A stretch of 62,720 nt of DNA, counting the filler, from Sphacelaria rigidula (lineage: Eukaryota), in assembly GCA_964200075.2 (NCBI GenBank). It is 8 parts of 8 records of this genome, joined end to end, with 100 filler letters (N's around TTAATTAATTAA, not from the genome) between each part and the next. Parts side by side here need not be neighbours in the genome. Positions count along the whole stretch, not along the records: positions 23,561 to 31,313 come from CAXNAA020013570.1; positions 31,414 to 39,166 come from CAXNAA020013571.1; 6 more parts are not named here. The stretch is one strand, 5' to 3'. The position numbers were made by a program, and so were the translations under genes. Positions 25,492 through 37,559 of the stretch are shown here, piece after piece. A model generated the notes under the pieces. It ran no database searches. It was not told the DNA's origin and saw only the letters and a program-made list of their open reading frames with translations. The stretch's first letter is position 1. Every line of letters starts with the position of its first letter.

Positions 25492-25872
25492 TATACCCTT
25501 AACGACGGACGGAAAAAAAAGAGAATCTGTCGGGATTCGAACTCATGACCTCCATAATTGGAGTCTCTTTTCACTTGAATTATAGGGGCCGCAGCGGTGT
25601 CACACGAAAAGTGCGATGCCCCGCCCAATTCGACAATTCTTGAGCTGAAATTTCTCACAGATCTTCTGCACCTAAGGAAATGATATATTGCGGGAGCAGC
25701 TGCAGATTCTCGTTATTTTTCTGGACTTTTGACGTTATCTTGTTTTGCTGGAATTTCAAATCCCCATAACTTTTCTTTTTTCCTTATTTTCTATGCTGCT
25801 CTCGTGATTTTATGCACGTCGATGATCATGATAAGCTGCTGTCAAAATTCCAGCGTCCAACGCCTGATTTGA

Positions 25873-27064
25873 CCCTTTTGGGACCGGACCTCCAGAATGA
25901 CCAATGAGGCTGGTTAGGAATGACGTGTCTGGCGTCTGCACGAAACAGACAGTGGCGTGTTGCTGAAAATCCGCGTATGTAACCGCAGGGTTATGACAAA
26001 GACCGAAAGTTTCATCCAATCTATTTTCAGGTGCAGGGTGCGCATTAGGTAGTTTATATCTGATGTAGCAAGCAGTATTGGTCGCGGTAGAGAGAGAGCT
26101 TCCAACAGGATACGGCGACCGGCGGACCGCCCGCCACTTGTGGCTTTGTATGATATTCATACCCTAGACAAAAGAATACACGGTCAAAAAATGTCCTGCG
26201 TATAGTGTGGAATCTATTGTCTATTGCGCAATAGACAATAGATTCCATACTGTACGCAGGTCATTTTTTGACCGCGTATTCTGTTGTCCAGGGTATGATG
26301 ATATTATTGTCCCCATCACCTTGCTACATAGCCCTCTGTGGTCGGGGTGAGCCGCCATTCCTCTCTTTGTTGCATGCGCCAAATTCTCTGCGAAGGGTAT
26401 ATCAGCGTTGCGGCGCCCATACATACCGTATAGTGCAGTACAATTACAGTGCAGTACGCCTCCCCGACTGCAGCAGCAGCTGCCGTTGATATTCCCTTGC
26501 ACGTTCTGGGCAATTCTCCGCCACCGAGATCAACTGCCTATATACTGCTCCTTCATCGCCGCTTACTACATGAATGTTAACTGCACACTGCAAGTCACAG
26601 GCAGAGGGATAAGCAGAATTCATGACGGTAGCTCCCTATGTCTTTCCACGGCCCACCTGGGTTTATGGCCTCGTGAAAATGACCACATTGTAGCATGTAC
26701 ACTTCTTCCCGAATTTTCCGGTCCACCCTGTGTGAGTGTAAATTACTACGTTTCAGTATAGAGTTGGGACCCAAAAAACGCTCCGGAAAAACTCGGGAAA
26801 ACTATACTGAGTGTCAGAGTTACCATAAAACCAAGCTGCGACCACCCTGCACTTGGACACCTGAGGAGGCTTACCTGAGCCAGGGATAGGGCCCCCACAC
26901 GACCTCTGCAGTAGCATCCCACTCGACAACAATCACTGGTCGTTCGGGTCTGGTCGATGAATTTCGCCTCGCCGTGATTGGGCAGGTCGCTCAAAGACTT
27001 ACTTATAATTGGTCAACAAACACAGGGTTGGCCCTGTTTTAGTGGGGATCCGGTCCAAAAACGG
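25873..27064. mobile_element. Non-autonomous piggyBac-like element
   Basis: TTGA|CCCTTTTGGGACCGGA ... TCCGGTCCAAAAACGG|TTAA (left TSD degenerate). Absent from the family A copy at ~8390. Confidence 0.7.
26162..26293. mobile_element. 132-bp near-perfect palindromic MITE with TA TSD
   Basis: TA|CCCTAGACAAAAGAATAC ... TATTGCGCAATA ... GTATTCTGTTGTCCAGGG|TA, symmetric about 26227/26228. Confidence 0.8.
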
Positions 27065-30048
27065 TTAACGCAGTGCGTGGCCTGAGCGAGAAAACTCCCC
27101 AATGTTGGCTGGCCCAGCTCGTACTGATACCTGAAAACTGAATGTGCCCTTAACTCATGAAAAAAACAAGAACAGAAACCTCGCGTGCACTGGTATTTGT
27201 TTTTATTTTGCCCTATTCATTGTCCATACTAAATTTCAGGGTCCAACTCCAAATAATGGCCGGTTCATGGGCCGTTGAGTGACGGTCAGAACAATTTCAC
27301 AAGAGTGTTTTGTAGGCCACTCACCGGCCCACGTTTGGTGTTTGTGTGTTGAAACTTTGTGTGGGCCGTGGCTAGGGCACAATTAGAAAGAACAAAGTGG
27401 GTCAGCTTATTTATTTATTTTTTCACTGGTTTAGGGCGTTTCAGCATAATAACGATAGTTTTTTTACGAGAACGCCCGAGTCTCTCCCCCCCCCGCCCCC
27501 CACCGAAATCAAGTCCCCCTTTTTTTTATTAAGTATACCCCTGTGGGTTTCTATGCTGAGTTTGATTTTAAAATCACAATTCTTAAAATTGAGCTGAAAC
27601 ATGAAGACAAGGCCGAAGAGCATTGTTCATTTCTCCTCAAAACTGCCCCAAAAACCCGGAAAAAGTGGCAAAGTTGTTGCTTTTAGCTTCATAATGCACT
27701 TGCGGTTCTGCATACGAAATTCCATAGCATGAATCTCAACAACTGAGGCGCGATATCCAGACTTAGCCTTTGCCCGTAATATATAGATTTTAGTATGTAA
27801 AATTATGTGCGCCATATTTCGAGAAAGAAAACGAATTAGGTGAAAGTGAGGTATCCATCGTCTCCCCATGCTCCAGGGAATGTCCACACCAAAAATCGCC
27901 GTCATCCGCTGAATGCATCGATCCGGGTTTCATATAGATTTAGTATAGACGCCATCTCCGGTGGGCATAGGAAATACTAGACATGAGGTTTAATCAGCAA
28001 AAAATATTGGCCCAAACTTTACCGCAGGTGGGCACCTTCCTCTTGATTAGACGATTAATGCAATATGTGGATCATGGGCTTACTCGTCCGTGTCGATGAG
28101 ATATTGCTTTGAGAGCTTCAATCCGTTTCTAGGTTGGCCCAGCTCGTGTAGACAAACGAAAACGAACAACCGGTGTTTACTCAGTGTCATACTTGCCGAA
28201 GACAATCGCTAATCTTGGGACGCCGGTGCAAGCTGAAAGGAGTCGGTGCGCCTAACCCTGAGCGGTACAAACAAATGGTGAGAAATGACTGGATGGACGG
28301 CGGCTGTCATGTACTTGATCGGGCTCTATCTGCTTGGAAACGAAATTGTGTGTTACTACGGGACTGTCGCCGGCAACCAATACAGTTTTCAATCCACCCT
28401 GCACAAGAGAGACGGCGCATTATATATCGCGCGCGCGTACGGCACGACGGCACGCACACGCACAGCGAAACAAACCCCTCACAAACAAACCACACAGACG
28501 GACGAAGAATTATCACCAGCAGCCTATAGCTTACCGTACACGATTGGCAGGCAGGCAGGCAACTCGGCTACCTTTGCGTGTACCAACTCTGTTGGAAAAT
28601 ATCCTCTTCATGCATGCATTTTTGTTCCGTAAATGAATTTCTACACACTCCTTGTTTTGTATTGGAAAAAATGTGTCGTTGCTGACCGTTAATGTGTTGC
28701 TCCGTTCTCATCTTGATTTTCGACTGCACAGAAGTGGATGATGTCGTGTGCGTGGGTTGTGTTTTTTGCCCGGCTGTCGTGTTGGTCGGGCTCTATCTGC
28801 TTGCAAACACATTTGTGCGTTGACTGCGGTACTGTTGCGGGCATAGCCTACGGAGCACCATGTCGATGAAAACGTAGTGCCATAAATTCTGGTATGTGAA
28901 ACGATGAAAACGAACAGCATTTGCTCGCGTTCTCGATTCAGTCATATTTCCGTGATGCCTGTTGAGCAAAGGTAACAATTTCCCGTTGAACTTTCCCGAT
29001 ACGATTCCCCGTTTTCCCGCCCTGTTGCGTTTTCGCCAAGCGCGCTGTTGTATTTCCGCCAAGCACACAAGAGCGATGCCGCGATAGCCTCCACAAAACC
29101 ACCCCCGAAACCGTGACCGACGCCAATCCCATCTAACGGGTATTCAAGACTACTATTTCCCGCGCTGTTGTTCATGTGCCAAGGACGCAAGAGTGATGCT
29201 GGGTCTTGAAGTGAAGACACCTGAAAAACAGCAAGGGTGGATTGAAAAATGGCACCGGTAGACTCGGAATATTAGTTCAAGCGTCTACTGTGAACTACTG
29301 TTCCGAAAAAGATCATTTTTTATTTGGATATAATATGGAAACAAAGCGGACACCAATGTACTGGTGAGAGTATCGAGCGGCGTGACATTTACGCCAATAA
29401 TAAATTTGGTATAGTAATAATTAATTTGATAATACATTTGATTCGGTATGCTTCCAAGGGCATGCCTTGAAAAAGTAGCAGCTTGTGAGATAGGTTGCGC
29501 GATGATCGGGAAACCCGTTGGAGAGTGTGTCCTGGTTTGGGTCAAGAGCGGGCGTTTGGAAACTCTTCTTCCTCAGGTTCATTTTTACATCTGTTCAATG
29601 GCCGGGCAGTTTGATCGAGCATAAAGTCGTATGTGGTGATGAGCAATGAATACCAGGTAATCTTTCCATACCAACTCATCTATGTACCTCTGTTTTGAAC
29701 CCATTGAGCAAGCCATCATAGGACCCCCCACCAGTCTCACGTCCCCCACTGCAAGAGAAGGCTCATGTACGAGGGCAGGAAGTATCCAGCGTTGACACGA
29801 CAGTCTCGCGAGGGAACGAGCTGGTGGAGTGGTGGTACAGTATGGATTGTGCGACAAGTTTGTCGTGCGTACACTGAATTGATGCTGGGTCGAAGTTTGG
29901 AACAAATGCTAACTCCCCGTGCCCCGTCTCGAAAGGGATTCGTGGTGAGTAGTCAAACGACTAAGGCAAGTAACGAATGGGCACGCCCCTCCGTTCCCTG
30001 GCTTGTGTTCGGTCCTTGCACTTACTCGCGCCCGGCCGTTGGTCATAG

Positions 30049-30156
30049 GCAAGCTTGAGCAAGAATGTTATGTCTGCTCTTGAGGAGCGAGTTGCGAGGC
30101 TGGAGGCCCAGGTTCAGACTGAAGAACCGACGACACTCAAAAAGCACGTGAACCAG
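30049..30156 (+). CDS. Probable exon of an unknown coiled-coil protein (ASLSKNVMSALEERVARLEAQVQTEEPTTLKKHVNQ); possible upstream exon ~29756-29944
   Basis: catag| acceptor, cag|gtatgc donor, 108 bp, phase 0/0. The upstream ORF ends at an in-phase |gtgagt donor. Confidence 0.45.
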
Positions 30157-31659
30157 GTATGCCATATGTACAAGCGATCGATCAGAGACCCGGAGGGGTG
30201 GGGATGGGGATTTTTTGGCGGTGGTGTGGATATTACGCTGCATGTAAGCTGTAGCACGCCGAAGCGAAAAATGGAAAATTGAATGTAGTATTTGTTCCCC
30301 ATATTTCGGGCGTTTTCTCGGTGGGATCTTGAAGATTCGTGATGTATGGCACCGTGTTTAATCGTTCGTATGACACCTTTTTCTCAATCGTGACGCATAT
30401 ATGACTAAAATTTGTGATGAAACATGCCCATTCCTAGTCAGAGGTGCAAGCTTGCGATGTTGTCAACATCTCTTCAAGGTGGTCCATTGCCAATTTTTGG
30501 TCAAAGCTGCAAGGTCACGGTACATCTGGCACTTTTCAAAGTGTTCTACAGCGGTTTTTTTTTGTTTTTCCCGTGAGTGAGGAGGGTGACGCTCGATAGG
30601 CAGGGCAACAATGGCCGGGGCGGGGGAGGAGAAAGCAAGAGAACTACCGCATGATTGTCGTGTTCCGTCTTGTTTACTCTGCTTTGGTCAACTGAACCGG
30701 ATTGCGCTCGTGGTAATCCGGCCAGCTCTGCGGCTAAAGCGTGTATTGTAGTATGTAATCCCGAATATGAAGAATGTGTGTGCATGACGCTTCACGTGAC
30801 AGGGCTCATGATTCCGTAGTGGTGTATCTTTCTAGTTGCGTTTTGCACCGTCTGTAGTTGGCACATCCCACGTCCGCGTTCAGTCCCTGCTATTTGAGAC
30901 GTGGTTGATTACTCCGCCTACCATCGGGCCCTCCGTGTTCGACGTTTTGTTTTCTCGACCCCTGCTCATTATTTTCAAATTCGTGGTCGAGTGATGAAAA
31001 TAACCCGCAAGGCATCGCACTTTCTCTAGGGAAAATGTGAAAGCCGTGACACATCGCGCATTTTTATATCGTACGTCAATACAGGCTGGGTCGCCCAAGA
31101 CGCGGACAGGAATGTGAACACGCGATCATGCTGCTAAATGTTGTGTCTTTTCCTATGAAATTTTGACACGATGTACAGGATGCATGTGCAAGGACCCCAT
31201 TATCCCCCGTGGCCGTCTCTGGAAGTGGCGATACCACAGAATGAAACAACTCACTGTTGGCTGTCATCCAAATGCAAGATAATCAGCGGGCTTCGGACCG
31301 AACAATCTTAGCGNNNNNNNNNNNNNNNNNNNNNNNNNNNNNNNNNNNNNNNNNNNNTTAATTAATTAANNNNNNNNNNNNNNNNNNNNNNNNNNNNNNN
31401 NNNNNNNNNNNNNATGACAGCCTACGATGAGTTGTTTATTTTCTGGTATCGCCACTTCCAGAGACAGCCACGGTTTTTCCACTGCCTCATGGGTATCTTA
31501 CGTGCACAGACAAAACAAGAAAACGGACAAGAAACCACTAGGAACAAGAAATGAACAAATCAGAGATGGTGACCAAACACATTGCTTTACGTATCTGGCG
31601 TGGGCTATGATGAGTTGGTGTTGGTACTGTCGGTCCCAGGTGCTGTCGGTACATCTTGG

Positions 31660-34365
31660 TCTGCAGCTTTCGCGTGCCGTATCGTTTTGATGTCTATCGT
31701 CTTTGAACATATGGGTCCAGACTCTGGTATACTGTGTTACATAGATGACATTTTGTGCATCAGCAACACATTTGACGAACACCTCAAGTCCCTTCGTCTC
31801 ATGTTTTCCGCATTACAAGCTGCAGGTCTGACCCTCAAACCGTCCAAAATTCAGTTCGGTCCCAAGGACGTCACGTATCTAGGTCACATCATCACTGCCG
31901 AAGGTGTCTCCATCAGAAATAACCGCATTAAAGCCATCCGCGATCTCGAGCCACCCTAGTCAATCTAACAACCTCGATCACAGTTAGGTATGGTTAATTT
32001 TGTGTGGCGTTTTGTCAAAGATAACGCCGAAATTACAGGTCCCCTCGTCGCTCTCACACAAAAGGGTTGAGAAAAGAAGCATAACTTTTTGAACGCTTGG
32101 GGTCCTGAACAGTCTGCAGCTTTTGACCTCATCAAACGTGCGTTGACCGCTGGGCCAGTCTTGAAATTTCCGGATTTCACAGAAGCGTTTTTAGTACACA
32201 CAAACGCCTCAGAAGTAGCTCTGCGTGGTTTTCTTGGTAACACCACCTCAAATTCCAAGTCCCTCGATGATGTCAATATTCTCGCGTAGTTTAGTATAAT
32301 AGACGTTTTTCCAAGTCTCAGTGTCACTATAGCCCTATGAACAAAGAATGTTGCGGCGTAGTCTCCGCGCTCATGCATTTCCGTCCGTACTTGTGGGGTA
32401 GATTGTTTTCACGGTCTACACGGATCATCAAGCGTTCTGCCATCTTCATCAGATGCAGGACACCAGTAAGATGCTGACCGGTTGGTGGATTCAACTGTAA
32501 AGCTTTGATTTTACAGGGAAGCATGTCCCGGGTAAATTAAATGTCGTATCCGATACGTTGTCACGTTTGTTGGGCGATACTAACGACGAGGATGTTGTCT
32601 CTAAACCTCGCCTTGCGGCAATTTGTCGGAACGTCCCCGACGATCAACCGTATCATTGACCGTCACCCCGTGAGTTTGAGGTTTTAGCTCACAATCTTAA
32701 TGACATCGCCCCCGTCGAAAGCGATCGCGACTTATTCGCGAGTGCTGTGTCAGTGTTCCCCCTTGTTGGTCCCCTCCAGTTAACCACCCAACAGGAAGCA
32801 GAGTACAGTCAATGGTTTGCATACCTGCGTAAACCAGAGTCTAGTCCACTTCCACGTAAAGAAACCAAGTACACGATGAGTCATTTCTTCCATCTTGAAG
32901 GACGGCTTTTCAGGTCATACCTACCGGGTAATTTGCGTAAACGATCGGGTTTTCGCGATCAGTTGGTAGTCCCCAGCGCATTTCGGTCGTTAGCCGTTAA
33001 CGCGTGTCATAATTTACCCGCGTCAGGTGGTTAGTTGGCCTTCATAGCCACTTTTGACCGGATTAGAGACCGCTACTGGTGGCCCTCTATGCCGATGTTC
33101 AACGGCATATTGACCATTGTCACTCTTGTCAACACCGTGAAACGTCTCGCCGCACACCTCAGCTCCCCATGGGACATCGGGAAGTCACCCGCGTCTTTCA
33201 GTGTGTAGCAGTAGACTTGGTCCAGTGTAAAACCCTCTCTCGGGTTAACCGTTACATTTTTCTGTCAACGACCATTCACTTCGGTTTTTCGTTTTAATCG
33301 CCGTGCCTGACAAGCTCGTGACTACCGTTGCCCGTCAGCTAGTCACACGTATTATTTCCGTCTTTGGTCCACCAGAAACTTCATTTTCCGACCAGGGCAG
33401 GGAATATGAAAACCAACTTGTCAAGGGGCTTCAAACTATCTTTGGGTACAAGAAAGCTCGTACCTCTGCCTACTGTCCCCAAGGCCACTCTGTCCTTGAG
33501 CGTGTTCACAGTACCGTCCACAGCATGTTCGCTATGTACGGTGATATTGCGTGTCGCAATTGGGCTGATTTTCTGCCTTTCGTACAACTCGTACATAATA
33601 CGGCCTACTCTACTACGCTGCAAGAAACGTCACACTTTCTCATGTTTAGCCGCCCCGTAGTGTTACCAGTAGATGTCATCCTCGGTGTCCCGTCGACATC
33701 GGCTCCACCGTCTTCCTTGGAGTATACTAAGCAGACCGTCGAGCGGTTACAACTCGCGTATGAGCTAGCCCGACGTAATCTAAAAGAGCGAGCTGATTCA
33801 CAAGCATCCGTCAATACTAAGTTGTCATTTCTCCAATTCAAAATGAGAAAGCAAGTCCTGCTCCACCCTCCGTACACTACAACTGATGGACCAAACCCCA
33901 AGCTCGTCAGCCCATGGCGTGGTCCTTACACTGTCCGTGCTCAGTTGTCTCCCGTTCTTTACCGTGTCAGTGAAGATGGTGAGATGTCTCAAATCACTGT
34001 CCACCTCGGAAGGTTGAAAAAAATACCACCCGCCCCTCGATTCGTCTGTCCCTGATATCTCAGCTCTCGATGACTTGTTTTTAGGTACAAAGTTGCCAGT
34101 CCCCGACCTCGAAGGCTCCCTCAATGCTGTCAAGCTGGGTCCCTACACGGTCGAAGGCATCGACGGTCACAAGCGCGGAATTGGCACCGCGTCGCCGACC
34201 AATTTCCAGTACCACCTTTTGTTGAAAGGTCATCCACCAGCTATGGGAGTTTGGAAGCATGATAGAGAGGTTCCCCAGCGTCGGGAAATGATAGAGTCGT
34301 ACCGAACAGTCACCTTGTCGGCGGACTCGTCAGCCTTCGATACTCCCCGTACAGTGAAAAAGTAG
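31660..34365 (+). pseudogene. pol: Disrupted Ty3/Gypsy pol: reverse transcriptase, RNase H, integrase, chromodomain
   Basis: RT motifs CYIDDIL, GLTLKPSK, YLGH. RNase H FLVHT(N)ASEVA. Integrase zinc finger (CHN..., CHSCQ) and core FGPPE..FSDQGREY, YCPQGHSVLERVH, plus PWRGPY. C-terminal YTVEGIDGHK...YHLLLKGHP...W is chromodomain-like. Many stops and frameshifts. Confidence 0.92.
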
Positions 34366-34719
34366 CAGCGCCGTGATTGCTACCAGCTGTTGTCAGTATA
34401 TTTTTGTGTGTCTTTGGCAAGATTGTCACTCCGTCTTTTTTTTTTTGTGCAGTTCGTATATACTACTTATAGCGGCATATGTCCTTGCCACAGGTGTATC
34501 GTACACCTCGTCTGGTCTTCGCCGTTGCGAACCACGTCGTACATGGTTTTATTTTTGTCTTGTGGGTGTCAGCTGGGGTGATATACCGCACCCTCAGTTA
34601 GGACTTGGATATAAATATGTCTTCATGTATACAGTCTATTTCGTTGAGCCGACCGTCCATGTTTACCGTCGTGCTCCGACAGTATCGTGTCTCTTTCCTG
34701 GGGGTTTAGCCGGGGGGGG

Positions 34720-34976
34720 TGATACGACAAAGTCAAGGGTAGCCGATCACTACAATCGCTACCATGCCTGCGTCCTCGAGAATGATAACTTGTTTGTCAA
34801 TCATTGTTATCTAATTTGTTCAGCGCGTCACATTTTGCATGGTCGGTCACTTTATTTTCCTCTCGTTTGGTCTTGTCCCTGATGAAATAAAAAAACACAC
34901 CTTGTATACTTCAGTACCGTAGTCATTCATCTTTATGTATATACACGTTTTACATGGTGGGTCACATCACGTATCA
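34720..34976 (+). repeat. 3' LTR of the Gypsy element, preceded by a polypurine tract
   Basis: AGCCGGGGGGGG|TGATACG ... CGTATCA (7-bp terminal inverted repeat). A second partial LTR copy follows at ~34977-35070. Confidence 0.75.
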
Positions 34977-35072
34977 GGTCTATTTTCCTCTCGTTTAGTC
35001 TTGTCCCTGAAAAAATAAAATAAACGTACTTTGCACACTTCAGTACCGTAGTCGTTCATCCTTTATATATAC

Positions 35073-35104
<32 letters not shown>

Positions 35105-35558
35105 TCGTCGTTGTGTGTTCTCGTTGCAATACAACATGATTGCGTTAGAGTGAAATTGCGTCGCAGAGTAAAGTGGTTCGTTGTCTTCATATTTTTTCAT
35201 TGGTGAATCCCAAAATTGGTTTCCTGGATTTCAAGACCAGTACCCCTCGCCACTATGTTGGTGGGTTCAGTAAATTTAATGAATGCTCGTCTTTATCGGG
35301 CTCTTGCACTACTCGAAATGTTGTGTTACAACCACCAACCTCGCACCACTGATGGATTAGGACCCCAGTTGGTTACAATGTTGCGTGCGCGTTCACCCCT
35401 TCACCACTTTAAACTCACACTCACCTCCACGAAACGAGTTCAAATTTGACCTCTCGATCTCGGACCTTCGAAGAATCGAAAAAGTGGGTATTACACGCCT
35501 GTTGGATTAGGATCCGAGGTGATTGTACAAGAAAACATGACCATTTTTCGATATTCAT

Positions 35559-35791
35559 CGTCGTACGTTCCACTGATGCATTGATCACTGGGCAAACAAG
35601 ATGAACGCTGATGGATTAGGACTCCCAGAAAACATCATGTTTTGCCCACATCATTCATCTATCTTCTTGTACACGTCGTACATTCCACTGATGCATTGAT
35701 CACTGGGCAAACAAGATGAACGCTGATGGATTAGGACGCCCGCAAAACATCGTGTTTGGCCCGCATCATTCATCTATCGTCTTGCACACGT
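35559..35791. repeat. ~115-bp tandem duplication
   Basis: cgtac.ttccactgatgcattgatcactgggcaaacaagatgaacgctgatggattaggac at 35562 and 35677. Confidence 0.9.
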
Positions 35792-37020
35792 CCCGTCTCG
35801 TCTTGCCAACGAATTTTTTCACGGCCACATTTTGTCACAGATTCCGTTCAATCATGACCATGTTCAAGTAGTGGTGAAAATTTTCATATATTTGGTCAAA
35901 ATAAACCTTTCATGGTTCAAATACGTCTTTCACCACACTGCAGTCAATATTGTTTCAGGAGTGACACGTCTGTCACAAGTGTCTATGCGTTGGCAAGAAA
36001 TCGTTCAGCCCCACATACGCGTATGTCCGCAAATACATCTGCCAAAACCCTGCAGGGTTGTCGACAAACTGACTCAAATATAAATGTATTTGCTCCTCCG
36101 TTGAGGATTTATTCTGAAAAAAATCACGGTATTGTCTCGTCTAAGTCTTTGCAAGTGCCGTCCGATATGCACATATCTCCACCACGTCTCGTGAAATGTC
36201 TCACGCCACATCAGTAAATTGGATATTAAACTCGCCAGGTCTCGTCCCTAGACGTTTAAATCCCAGTCTTTAGCTTCAGCGGAGTCGCGCACTAACACCG
36301 CTGTAGCTGGGGAGGTATATCATTATGACCTCTATATGACCCGACGCGCTTACTAATAACTCCGGCCTAGTCAAGCCGGACCGTCTCCCCGGGCCTGTCA
36401 CCCTGGGACTGTCATCCTCCAACCCCCAGTCTGGGATCGTCATTCTTCCATCTTGGAGGCTCCCCGTCGGAGCCCCCTACCCAGGCACTTTGTGCTCCAA
36501 CCCAACCCGGCCTTGCAAAGTCCGTTCCGTTCAAGTCCACGTCTCTTCTCCGTACACTCCGTGCGCTATCACCGAGTGAGAAGCTACAACCTACATACAC
36601 CCACTGTCCGGATGAGATAAGTCACACCCGCTGTCCGCGCCTGTGTCTTGTATGTAATCACTTCAAAGAATCGGCACTCATAGTCCACCGAGCGCTTTCG
36701 TCTGTAAATATGTTGAAACAAAACCAACGCACACCGCAAACAATTTACGCCTGACACAATTGCAACTCAATTGCAACTCAATTTCCGAATATGATTCTAT
36801 CGGTCGGATTTTACGTTTTGGATATCGTTGTTACTTGTGTAGTCCGTTCCGTCGGAGGTCTATCGTGCAGAGCTTTGTGTGCAGTAGTCTCCATACGAGC
36901 AGGGTCACTATGATGTTGACATTGACTGCGTAGAGCGGTCAATTGTCAGCAGTGATTGTTTCAAGTAGGTGAATTGTTTGGGGAGTCTTTTTGTGTACAG
37001 AGCAGAGTACCATTGTACAC

Positions 37021-37559
37021 TAGGCTTTAGTTTCGTACGCGCTCTTTTTTTTTTAATTATTCTCATTCTTTTTGCTCGCCTCAAGCTCTTGAAAAAGAAA
37101 GCTTATTTCAAGCCCCAAAAATCCAAATTAAGCTAAACTATATGCGCGCATACGGAGCTAAAGCCTAAACGCTGTGGTGGGTAGTGGTCCCATGTGCAAC
37201 TATTGTACAAAATCTTGATGATATTTTTCAATTTAACATGGTATCACGTATATGAAATATACAGCGAAACGTTTCCGGATCATACCAGCAACCATGGCAG
37301 TCTGGAGTATTGAAGCCTGTCTGGTGACGGGTGACGAGTCACGAGTCACGCCATAGGCCATAGGAGGCACTTTCAGAGCTGCTGAAATAGCTGGAGGAGG
37401 CGCACGAAAAATTATCGCAATTTTTTGCTCGTTTCAAGCACATTATGAGCTCGTCAGAAGATTTATGCTCGCCTCAAGCTTTGGAAAAAAAAACTTACTT
37501 CAAGCCCCAAAAACCTAAATTAAGCGAAGCCTTGTGCGCGCATACGAAGCTAAAGCCTA
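37021..37559. mobile_element. hAT-type MITE with 8-bp TSD
   Basis: TTGTACAC|TAGGCTTTAGTTTCGTA ... TACGAAGCTAAAGCCTA|TTGTACAC. The 3' end is duplicated internally at ~37070-37167. Confidence 0.85.

Larger units (their letters stand above)
24742..27121. mobile_element. Mariner-type MITE family A inserted in family B with TA TSD
   Basis: ttgTA|CGAGCTGGGCCAGC ... GCTGGCCCAGCTCG|TActgatacc. Empty site ttgTAccgatacc is at ~41958. Confidence 0.85.
24580..28146. mobile_element. Mariner-type MITE family B carrying nested insertions
   Basis: TA|CGAGCTGGGCCA ... TGGCCCAGCTCG. Collinear with the uninterrupted copy at 41785-42963. Confidence 0.8.
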
